NCBI GenBank assembly: GCA_977017645.1 | Contig: CDRNVU010000224.1 | Span: 992,001-1,056,000, forward strand | Length of the DNA stretch: 64,000 nucleotides | DNA from: Torpedo marmorata | Taxonomy: Eukaryota | Direction: 5' to 3' | Shown: one piece after another, positions 49,801 to 60,530 of the stretch | Position numbering within the stretch: position 1 is the stretch's first letter | How the letters are laid out: each line of letters opens with the position of its first letter | The notes under the pieces: generated by a model | What the model was told of the DNA's origin: nothing | Database searches by the model: none | Seen by the model: the letters and a program-made list of their open reading frames with translations, nothing else | Program-made: the position numbers and the translations under genes

Positions 49801-52800
49801 TGATTCTGATCTCAGAGTGAGTCTGATCCCAGAGTGCTACTGATCCCGGAGTGAGACAGTTCCCCAAGTGAATATTTTTCCGGAGTGTGTCTGATCTCGG
49901 AGTGACTCTGTTCCCGGAGTGAGTCTGATCCCGCAGTCAAGTATTTCCCGGAGTGAAACAGATCCCGGATTCATTCCGTGTACGGACTCACCACAGTTGC
50001 GCACGCACTCCGGAGTGAGCGCATTCCCGGAGTGAGTCGAAACCTTGAATGATTCTGAACCCGGATTGTGTGTGTTTCTGGAGTGAGTCCGTACCCGGAG
50101 TGAGGCTGATCCCAGAGTGGTGCTGATACCGGAGTGTGTCTGTTCCCGGAGTGAATATGTTTCCGGAGTGTGTCTGTTCACGGAGTGACTCTGTTCCCGG
50201 AGTGAGTCTGATCCCGGAGTCAAGTAGTTCCCGGAGGGAAACAGATCCCGGAGTGAATCTGTTTCCTGGTGTGAGTCAGATCCCAGAGCGAGTCAGTTTG
50301 CTGGAGTGAGTCTGATCCCGGGGTGTCTGTTCCTGGATTGAGTCTGTTCCCGGAGGGAGTGCGAACCTGGAGTGAGTCTGTACACGGAATGACTCTGGTC
50401 CCGAAGTGATTCTGATCCCGGAGTGTGTCAGATCCCTGAGTGAGTCTGATCAGAGAGCGGTGCTAATACCGGAGTGTGTCTGTTCCCGTGCAAATATTTT
50501 TCAGGTGTGTGTCTGTTCTCAGTGTGACTCTGAACCCTGAATGAGTCTGATCCCGGAGTCAAGTATTTCCCGGAGTGAAACAGATCCCGGATTCATTCCG
50601 TGTACGGACTCACCCCAGTTGCGCACGCAGTCCAGAGGGAGCGCATTCCCGGAGTGAGTCGAACCCTTGAATGATTCTGAACCCGGATTGTGTGTGATTC
50701 TGGATTGAGTCCGTACCCGGAGTGAGTCTGATCCGAGAGTGATTCTAATCCCGGAGTCAACCTGATGCCAAAGTGGTACTGATCCCGGAGTGAGTCCGTT
50801 CGCCGAGTGAATACGTTTCCCGAGTGAGCCTGGTCCAGGAGTGTGTCTGAGGCATGAGTGAAATATTTTCCGGATTGAAACAGATCCCGGAGTGAATCTG
50901 TTTCCTGGTGTGAGTCCGTTCTCAGAGCGAGACTGTTTGCTGGAGTGAGACTGATCCCGGAGTGTCTGTTCCTGGATTGAGTCTGTTCCCGGAGTGCGTG
51001 CGAACCTGGGGTGTGTCTGTACCCAGAATGAATCTTGTCCCGGAGTGATTCTGATCCCGGAGTGTGTCTGATCCCAGAGTGGTTCTGAATCCGGAGTGTG
51101 TCTGTTCCCCGAGTGAATCTGTTTCCGGAGTGTGTCTGTTCTCGGAGTGACTCTGTTCCCGGAGTGAGTCTGATCCCGGAGTCAAGGAGTTCCCAGAGTG
51201 AAACGGATCCCGGAGTGAATCTGTTTCCTCGTGTGTCAAATCCCACAGTGAGTCTGTTTGCTGGAACGAGTCTGTTCCCGGACTGTGTGTGATAATGGAT
51301 TGAGTCTGTTCCCGGTGTGTGTCTGATCGCAGAGTGGTACTGATCCTGGAGTGAGTCCGTAACCGGAATGAATCTGATCCCGGAGTGAATCTGAACCCAA
51401 CGTGGTACTGTTCCCGGAGTGAGCCTGAACAAGGATTGAGACTTTTTCTAAAGTGTGTTCGTACTGAGAGTGAGTCTGTTCCCGAGTTCAGTTGGACGCC
51501 AGAGTGAGTCTTTTCCGGAGTGAGCGTGATCCTGGAGTGAGTCCCAAACCGGAATGAGCCTGATCACAGAGTGCTACTGATCCCGGAGTGAGTCTGTTCC
51601 CCAAGTGAATCTGTTCCGGAGAGATTCTTTTATCGGAGTGAATCTGTTCCCGGAATGAGTCTGATGCAGGAGTGAAATAGTTCCCAGAGTGAATCAGATC
51701 CCGGAGTGAATCTGTTTCCTGGTGTGAGTCAGATCCCAGAGCGAGCATGTTTCTGGAGTGAGTCTGATCCCGGTGTGAGTCTGTTCCTGGATTGTCTGTT
51801 ACCGGAGATTGTGAGATCCCGGAGTGTGAACCTGGAGTGAGCGCATTCCCGGATTGAGTCTGAGGCATGAGTGAAATAGTTCCCGGAGTGAAAAAGACCC
51901 CGGAGTGAATCTGTTTCCTGGTGTGAGTCAGATCCCAGAGCGAGTCTGTTTGCTGGAGTGAGTCTGATCCCGGAGTGTCTATTCCTGGATTGAGTCTGTT
52001 CCCGGAGGGAGTGCGAACCTGGAGTGAGTCTGTACAGGGAATGAGTCTGGTCCCGAAGTGATTCTGATCCCGGAGTGAGTCAGATCCCTGAGTGAGTCTG
52101 ATCACAGAGCGGTGCTAATACCGGAGTGTGTCTGTTCCCGAGTAAATATTTTTCAGGAGTGTGTCTGTTCTCAGAGTGATTCTGAACCCTGAATGAGTCT
52201 GATCCCGGAGTCAAGTATTTCCCGGAGTGAAACAGATCCCGGATTCATTCCGTGTACGGACTCACCCCAGTTGCGCACGCACTCCAGAGTGAGCGCATTC
52301 CCGGAGTGAGTCGAACCCTTTAATGATTCTGAACCCGGATTGTGTATGTTTCTGGAGTGAGTCCGTTCCCGGAGTGAGTCTGAGGCATGAGTGAAATAGT
52401 TCTCGGTGTGAAACAGATCCCGGAGTGAATCTGTTCCCTGGTGTGGGTCAGATCCCAGAGCGCGTCTGTTTGCTGGTGTGAGTCTGATCCCGGAGTGTCT
52501 GTTGCTGGAGGGAGTGCGAACCTGGAGTGAGTCTGTCCCCGGAATAACTCTGGTCCCGGAGTGATTCTGATCCCGGAGTGAGTGTGATTCTGATCCCGGA
52601 GTGAGTCTGATACCAGAGTGCTGATACCGGAGTGTGTCCGTTCCCCGAGTAAATATTTTCCAGGAGTCTCTCTGTTCTCAGAGTGACTCTGAACCCTGAG
52701 TGAGTCTGATCCCGGAGTTAAGTAATTCCCGGAGTGAAACCGATCCCTGCGTGAATCTGTTTCCTGGTCTGAGTCAGATCCCAGAGTGAGTCAATTTTCT

Positions 52801-55800
52801 GGAGTGAGTTTGATACCCGAGTAAGTTTTTTTTCCTGGATTGAGTCTGTTACCGCATTCAATCCGACGCCAGAGTGGGTCTGCTCCCGGAGTGAGCGTGA
52901 TCCTGGAGTGAGTCCGTAACCGGTATGAATCTGATCCCGGAGTGATTCTGATCTCAGAGTGAGTCTGATCCCAGAGTGCTACTGATCCCGGAGTGAGACA
53001 GTTCCCCAAGTGAATATTTTTCCGGAGTGTGTCTGATCTCGGAGTGACTCTGTTCCCGGAGTGAGTCTGATCCCGCAGTCAAGTATTTCCCGGAGTGAAA
53101 CAGATCCCGGATTCATTCCGTGTACGGACTCACCCCAGTTGCGCACGCACTCCGGAGTGAGCGCATTCCCGGAGTGAGTCGAAACCTTGAATGATTCTGA
53201 ACCCGGATTGTGTGTGTTTCTGGAGTGAGTCCGTACCCGGAGTGAGTCTGATCACAGAGTGGTGCTGATACCGGAGTGTGTCTGTTCCCGGAGTGAATCT
53301 GTTTCCGGTGTGTGTCTGTTCACGGAGTGACTCTGTTCCCGGAGTGATTCTGATCCCGGAGTCAAGTAGTTCCCGGAGTGAAACAGATCCCGGAGTGAAT
53401 CTGTTTCCTGGTGTGAGTCAGATCCCAGAGCGAGTCTGTTTGCTGGAGTGAGTCTGATCCCGGAGTGTCTGTTCCTGGATTGATTCTGTTCCCGGAGGGA
53501 GTGCGAACCTGGAGTGAGTCTGTACACGGAATTACTCTGGTCCCGAAGTGATTCTGATCCCGGAGTGTGTCAGATCCCGGAGTGAGTCTGATCACAGAGC
53601 GGTGCTTATACCGGAGTGTGTCTGTACACGTGTAAATATTTTTCAGGAGTGTGTCTGTTCTCAGTGTGACTCTGAACCCTGAATGAGTCTGATCCCGGAG
53701 TCAAGTATTTCCCGGAGTGAAACAGATCCCGGATTCATTCCGTGTACGGACTCACCCCAGTTGCGCACGCACTCCAGAGTGAGCGCATTCCCGGAGTGAG
53801 TCGAACCCTTGAATGATTCTGAACCCGGATTGTGTGTGTTTCTGGAGTGAGTCCGTACCAGGAGTGAGTCTGATCCGAGAGTGATTCTAATCCCGGAGTG
53901 AACCTGATGCCAAAGTGGTACTGATCCCGGAGTGAGTCCGTTCGCCGAGTGAATACGTTTCCCGAGTGAGCCTGGTCCCGGAGTGTGTCTGAGGCATGAG
54001 TGAAATATTTTCCGGAGTGAAACAGATCCCGGAGTGAATCTGTTTCCTGGTGTGAGTCAGTTCTCAGAGCGAGACTGTTTGCTGGAGTGAGACTGATCCC
54101 GGAGTAGCTGTTCCTGGATTGAGTCTGTTCCCGGAGTGCGTGCGAACCTGGGGTGTGTCTGTACCCAGAATGAATCTTGTCCCGGAGTGATTCTGATCCC
54201 GGAGTGTGTCTGATCCCAGAGAGGTTCTGAATCCGGAGTGTGTCTGTTCCCCGAGTGAATCTGTTTCCGGAGTGTGTCTGTTCACGGAGTGACTCTGTTC
54301 CCGGAGTGAGTCTGATCCCGGAGTCAAGGAGTTCCCAGAGTGAAACGGATCCCGGAGTGAATCTGTTTCCTTGTGTGTCAAATCCCACAGCGAGTCTGTT
54401 TGCTGGAAAGCGTCTGTTCCCGGACTGTGTGTGATAATGGATTGAGTCTGTTCCCGGTGTGTGACTGATCGCAGAGTGGTACTGATCCTGGAGTGAGTCC
54501 GTAACCGGAATGAATCTGATCCCGGAGTGAATCTGAACCCAACGTGGTACTGTTCCCGGAGTGAGCCTGAACAAGGATTGAGACTTTTTCTAAAGTGTGT
54601 TCGTACTGAGAGTTAGTCTGTTCCCGAATTCAGTCGGGCGACAGAGTGAGTCTTTTCCGGAGTGAGCGTGATCCTGGAGTGAGTCCCAAACCGGAATGAG
54701 CCTGATCACAGAGTGCCACTGATCCCGGAGTGAGTCTGTTCCCCAAGTGAATCTGTTCCGGAGAGATTCTTTTATCGGAGTGAATCTGTTCCCGGAATGA
54801 GTCTGATGCAGGAGTGAAATAGTTCCCGGAGTGAAACAGATCCCGGAGTGAATCTGTTTCCTGGTGTGAGTCAGATCCCAGAGCGAGCATGTTTTCTGGA
54901 GTGAGTCTGATCCCGGTGTGAGTCTGTTCCTGGATTGTCTGTTACCGGAGTTTGTGAGATCCCGGAGTGTGAACCTGGAGTGAGCGCATTCCCGGATTGA
55001 GTGTGAGGCATAAGTGAAATAGTTCCCGGAGTGAAAAAGACCCCGGAGTGAATCTATTTCCTGGTGTGAGTCAGATCCCAGAGCGAGTCTGTTTGCTGGA
55101 GTGAGTCTGATCCCGGAGTGTCTGTTCCTGGATTGAGTCTGTCCCCGGAGGGAGTGCGAACCTGGAGTGAGTCTGTACACGGAATGACTCTGGTCCCGAA
55201 GTGATTCTGATCCCGGAGTGTGTCAGATCCCGGAGTGAGTCTGATCACAAAGCGGTGTTAATACCGGAGTGTGTCTGTTCCCGAGTAAATATTTTTCAGG
55301 AGTGTGTCTGTTCTCAGAGTGATTCTGAACCCTGAATGAGTCTGATCCCGGAGTTAAGTAGTTCCCGGAGTGAAACAGATCCCGGAGTGTCTGTTCCTGG
55401 ATTGAGTCTGTTCCCGGAGTGTGTGCGAACCTGGGGTGTGTCTGTACCCAAAATGAATCTTGTCCCGGAGTGATTCTGATCCCGGAGTGTGTCTGATCCC
55501 AGAGTGGTTCTGAATCCGGAGTGTGTCTGTTCCCCGAGTGAATCTGTTACCGGAGTGTGTCTGTTCTCGGAGTGACTCTGTTCCCGGAGTGAGTCTGATC
55601 CCGGAGTCAAGTAGTTCCCGGAGTGAAACAGATCCCGGAGTGAATATGTTTCCTGGTGTGAGTCAGATCCCAGAGCGAGTCTGTTTGCTGGAGTGAGTCC
55701 GATCCCGGAGTGTCTGTTCCTGGATTGAGTCTGTTCCCGGAGGGAGTGCGAACCTGGAGTGAGTCTGTACACGGAATGACTCTGGTCCCGAAGTGATTCT

Positions 55801-56465
55801 GATCAAGGGGTGAGTCTGTTCCCCAAGTGAATCTGTTCCGGAGAGATTCTTTTATCGGAGTGAATCTGTTCCCGGAATGAGTCTGATGCAGGAGTGAAAT
55901 AGTTTGCGGTGTGAAACAGATCCCGGAGTGAATCTGTTTCCTGGTGTGAGTCAGATCCCAGAGCGAGCATGTTTTCTGGAGTGAGTCTGATCCCGGTGTG
56001 AATCTGTTCCTGGATTGTCTGTTACCGGAGTTTGTGAGATCCCGGAGTGTGAACCTGGAGTGAGCGCATTCCCGGATTGAGTCTGAGGCATGAGTGAAAT
56101 AGTTCCCGGAGTGAAAAAGACCCCGGAGTGAATCTATTTCCTGGTGTGAGTCAGATCCCAGAGCGAGTCTGTTTGCTGGAGTGAGTCTGATACCGGAGTG
56201 TCTGTTCCTGGATTGAGTCTGTTCCCGGAGGGAGTGCGAACCTGGAGTGAGTCTGTACACGGAATGACTCTGGTCCCGAAGTGATTCTGATCCCGGAGTG
56301 TGTCAGATCCCGGAGTGAGTCTGATCACAGAGCGGTGCTAATACCGGAGTGTGTCTGTTCCCGAGTAAATATTTTTCAGGAGTGTGTCTGTCCTCAGAGT
56401 GATTCTGAACCCTGAATGAGTCTGATCCCGGAGTCAAGTATTTCCCGGAGTGAAACAGATCCCGG

Positions 56466-59400
56466 TGTGAGGCTGTGCCCCGATGTGAGTCAGATCGCAG
56501 AGTGCGTCTGATCCTGGAGTGCGCCTGATCCCGGAGAGAGTCTGTTCCTTATCTTAATCTGTTTTGCTGAGTGAGTGTGATCCTGGAGTGAGTCTGAACC
56601 CGGATTGAGACTGCTGCTGCAGTGAGTCCGTACCCAGAGTGAGTCTTATCCCGGAGTGTGTCTGAACCGGATTGTGTCTGTTCCCGGAGTGAGTCTGTTT
56701 GCGGAATGTATCTGAACCGGAGTGAGTGTGTTCCCGAAGTGAGTCTGTTCCCAGAGTGAATCTGTTCCAAAGTGAGTTTGGGCCCTGAGTTAGTCTGATA
56801 CCGGCGTAAGATAGTTCCCAGAGTGAGACCGATCTCGAAGTGAATACGTTTCCTGGTGTGCGTCAGATGCCAGAGTGAGTCATTTTGCTGGAGTGAGTCT
56901 GAATCCGGAGTGAGTCTGTTCCTGGATTGAGTCTGTTCGTGGAGTGAGTGTGAACCTGGATTGAGTGATTTACCGGAGCGAGTCTATCCCTTGAGAGAGA
57001 CTGATCCCGGAGTGAGTCCGATCCCGGAGTGAGTCTGTGTTCCGATGTGATTTATATCCCAGAGTGCGTCCTTTCCCCGGAGTGAGTCTGTTCCGGGAGC
57101 AAGTCTGATCACGGAGTGTGTTCTTTCCCGGGATGAGTCTATTCCTGGAGTGAGTCATAAACCGGATTGAGTCTGTTTCTGAAGTGAGTCCGTACGCAGA
57201 GTGAGTCTGTTCCCGGAGTGAATCTGTTTCCGGAATGATTTTGATCCCGGAGTGAGTCTGATCCCAGAGTAGTAATGATCCTGGAGTGAGTCTGTTCCCC
57301 GAGTGAATCTTTTTCCAGAGTGAGTCAGATCCCAGAGTGATTCAGTTTGCTGAGGTGGGTCTGATCCCGGAGTGAGCCTGTTCCTGGATTGAATCTGTTC
57401 CCGGAGTGAGTGTGATCATGGATTTAGTCTGTTTCTGGAGTGAGTGTGAACCTGGAGAGAGTGCATTCCCGGAGCGAGTCTCTCACTTCGGTGAGTCCCA
57501 ATCCGGATTGAGTCTGTTTCTGAAGTGAGTCCGTACCCGGTGTGAGTCTGATCCCGGAGTGTGTCTGTTCCCGGAGTTATTATGATCCCGGAGTCAGTCC
57601 GGTCCCGGATTGAGTCTGTCTCCCGATGTGAATCAGATCCCAGAGAAAGCCTGTTCCTGAGCGGAATCTGTTTCCGGAGTGTGTGTGATCAAGGAGTGAG
57701 TCTGAACCCAGATTGAGTCTGTGTCTGACGTGAGTCCGTACCCACAGTGAGTCTGTTCCCGGAGTCAGTCCGACGCCAGAGTGATTTTTTTACTGCTTTA
57801 AGTCTGTTCCCGGACTGAGTGTAATCCTGCAGTGAGTGCATACTCGGAAAGAGTCTTATCCCGGAGTGATTCTGATCCCGGAGTGAGTCTGATCCAAGAG
57901 TGGTACTGAATCTGGGGTGAGTCTGTTCTCCGAGTGAAGCTGTTTGCGGAGTGAGTCTGTTCTCGGAGTGATTCTGTTCCCGAGTGAGTCTGATCTTGGA
58001 GTGAGATAGTTCCCGGAGTGAGACCGATCCCGGAGTGAGTCTATTGCCTTAGCGAATATCATCCCGGAATGAGTCAGTTCTCTCGTGAGTCTGACCCAGG
58101 AATGAGTCTGAACCTGGAGTCAGTCCGTTTCTGGGGTTAGTCTGTACCCGGATTGAGCCAGTTTCCTGGTGTGAGTCTGTTCCCGTAATGAGTCTGTTCC
58201 CGGTATGAGTCTTATCCCGGAGCGAGTCTGATCCCGGAGTGTGTCTGCTTCTGGAGTGAGCCAGAACCCGGAGTCATTTTGTTGCCAGAGTGTGTCTGAT
58301 CCCGGAGTGAGTCTGATCCCGGAGTTAGTCTGAACCGGAGTGAGTCTGTTCCCGGAGTGAGTCCGATCCCGGAGTGACTCCTTACCCGGAATGAGTTTGA
58401 TTCCGCAGTGAGTCCGTTTCTCGTGTGAGCCTTTCCTCGGAGTGAGTCTCTTCCCAGAATGAGTCTGATCCAGGAGTGACTCCGTTCCCGGAATTTTTCA
58501 TTTCACCGAGTGAGTCTTATCCCGGAGTGCGTCTGTTCCCTGAATGAGTCTGATCCCGGAGTGAGTCTGTTCCCGGAGATATTATGTCGCCAAAGTGAGT
58601 CTGAACCGGAGTGAGTCTGATCCTGGAGTGAGTCTGAACCGGAGTGAGTCTGTTCCCGGAGTGAGTCCGATCCCGGAGTGATTCTGATCCCGGAGTGAGT
58701 CTGTTCCCAGAGTGAGTCTGATCACGGTGTGCATCTGATCCTGGAATGAGTTATATTTTCCGAATTGTGTCTGTTCCCGGAGTGAGTCTGAACACGGAGA
58801 GAGTCTCGCCCAGCAGTGAGTCCATTCTCGGAGTGAGTCTGTTGCCGGAGTGAGTGTGATCCCAGAGTGAGATAGTTCCCGGAGTGAGTCTGTTCGCGGA
58901 GTAAGTCTGAACCCGGAGTGAGACCATTACCGGACCTAGTATATTGCGGATTGAGCCCCTTTCCTGGAGTGAGTCTATTCCAGGAGTGAGTTTTTTATAC
59001 GAATTGTGTCCGTTCCCGGAGTGATCCTGAACCTGGAGTGAGTCTCTTCCCAGAGTGAGTCTGATCACGTTGTGCATCTGATCCCGGAATGAGTTATATT
59101 TTCCAAACTGTTTCTGTTCCCGGAGTGAGTCTGCTCAAAAGTGCGTAAATTCACTGAGCGAGTCTGTTCTCTGTGTGAATCAGATTCCGGAATGAGTTTC
59201 TGGGGTGAATCTGTTCCCGGATTGACTCCGTTTCCTGGAAAGTGTCTGTTCCCGTCGTGAGTCTGATCACGGTGTGAGTCTGATCCCGGAGTGAGTCCTT
59301 TTCCGGTATTTTTCAGTTTTCCGAGTGATTCCTATCCCGCAGTGAGTTTGTCCCCTGAGTGAGTCTAATCCCGGAGTGAGTCCGATCCCGGAGGAGTCTG

Positions 59401-59935
59401 TTTCCTGATCTGAGTCACATCCCAGAGTAAGTCCGTTTCCTGGTGTGAGTCTGATCCAGGAAAGAGTGTGTTCCTACGTTGAGTGATCCAGGAGTGAGTC
59501 TGAACCCGGATTGAGTCTGTTTCTGGAGTGACTACGTACACAGAGTGAGTCTGTTCCCGGAGTGCGACTGTTCCCGGCATGAGTGTGATATTGGAGTGAA
59601 TCTGTACCCGGAGTGAATCTGTTCCCGGAGTCAGTCCGACGCCAGAGTGAGCCTGCTCCCGGTTGGAGTCTGTTCCCGGAGTGAGCGTGATCCTGGAGTG
59701 AGTCCGTACCGGGAATGAGTCTGAAACCGGAGAGAGTCTGATCCAGGAGTGTGTATGATCCCAGAGTGATACTGATCCAGGAGTGAGTCTGATCCCCGTG
59801 TTAATCTGTTCCCGGAGTGAGTCTGTTCTCGGAGTGAGTCTGTTCGCGGAGTGAGTCTGATCCCGGAGTGAGTCTATTCCTGGTTTGAGTCTGTTCCCGG
59901 TTCGAGTATGTTCCTGGAATGAGTCCGTTCTGTAG
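56466..59935 (+). repeat. Diverged monomeric satellite fringe without the 3.1-kb HOR
   Basis: The 17-bp phasing persists, but HOR landmarks are absent and substitutions and indels are more frequent. There are only short local duplications (e.g. GATCACG[G/T]TGTGCATCTGATCC..GAGTTATATTTTCC at ~58720 and ~59062). Confidence 0.85.
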
Positions 59936-59936
59936 T

Positions 59937-60530
59937 CACACGGCCATGCTGACTATCCTTGAGTAGACTGTACTTCTCCAAATGCTCATAGATCTTATCC
60001 TTAAGAATCCTCTCCAATATTGTGCACACCACTGGCGGAAGACACACCGGTCCGTAATTCCTGTTCCTTAATCTCCACATTGTCCAGCACACTGGCCTGT
60101 TCTATTTCGACCTCACCCTGATCAAGGTCCTTTCCTCTTGTGAATACTGAAGCAAAGTATTCATTTCGGACCTCCCCAACCTCCTCCGCCTCCAGGCACA
60201 TGTCGCCTCCTTTATCCTTTAGCGGCCCCACCTTCATTCTCGTCATCCTTCTGTTCTTCCCATTCGCATAGAACGGCTTGGGCTTCTCCTTAATCCTACA
60301 TGCCGCCTTCTCGTGTCCCCTTCGAGCTCTCCTAATTCCTTTCTTAAGCTACCATATACTTCTCATGAGCCCTTCCTGTTTCCTGCTTCCTATATCTAAC
60401 ATATGCTTCCTTCTTCCTCTTGACTAGGTGCCTCACCTGTTTCCTCAGCCACGGTTCCATTTTACTACCATCATCTCCCTGTCCCAGTGAGAAAAACCTA
60501 TCCTGAACCCAACACAAGTGGTCCCTAAAC
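59937..60530 (-). mobile_element. CR1-clade LINE ORF2 remnant (region between endonuclease and RT, to the start of RT); degraded, with internal deletions
   Basis: Minus-strand peptides EPWLRKQVRHLVKRKKEAY, VGPLKDKGGDMCLEAEEVGEVRNEYFASVFT and NYGPVCLPPVVCTILERILKDKIYEHLEKYSLLKDSQHG match CR1 ORF2 motifs (PW..., LNEYFASVFT, NYRPVSLTSVVGK.LE.I.RD, SQHGF). They lie in different frames. Confidence 0.88.

Larger units (their letters stand above)
10540..56465 (+). repeat. Higher-order repeat domain; canonical unit ~3,142 bp (~185 monomers) = ~622 + ~1,652 + ~868-bp sub-blocks, with structural variants
   Basis: The pseudo-ORF beginning MFRLTPG[T/S]VPRWVQIH starts at 12752, 18662, 22196, 25339, 29561, 32703, 35843, 38085, 41193, 44983, 48289, 51432 and 54574, with modal spacing 3140-3143. 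The landmark CATTCCGTGTACGGACTCACCCCAG recurs at cyclic spacings of ~622/1652/868. Confidence 0.93.
1..59935 (+). repeat. Tandem satellite DNA array, ~17-bp basic monomer (CCCGGAGTGAGTCTG[A/T]T and variants), continuing past the left window edge
   Basis: GGAGTGAGTCTGTTCCC / GGAGTGAGTCTGATCCC and single-base variants recur with ~17-nt phasing (occasional 15-16-nt units) from base 1 to ~59,930, almost all in one orientation. Confidence 0.97.

Noticed and set aside
10540-56465. Tandem C2H2 zinc-finger gene suggested by THSG/HTG-like peptides
   Set aside because: There is no C-x2-C...H-x3-H spacing and no 84-bp period. The resemblance to the HTGEKP linker is coincidental.
1297-59580. About 200 short, mostly minus-strand ORFs rich in HSG/LTPG/TDSLR, including the recurring 279-aa ORF
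   Set aside because: They are translations of the satellite. The plus strand is full of TGA and the minus strand is stop-poor. Copies frameshift freely between HOR units. They were useful only as alignment markers.
1-59935. CENP-B box, given the 17-bp unit
   Set aside because: The monomer does not fit the TTCG-x4-A-x2-CGGG core on either strand as far as I can see. The matching length is a coincidence.
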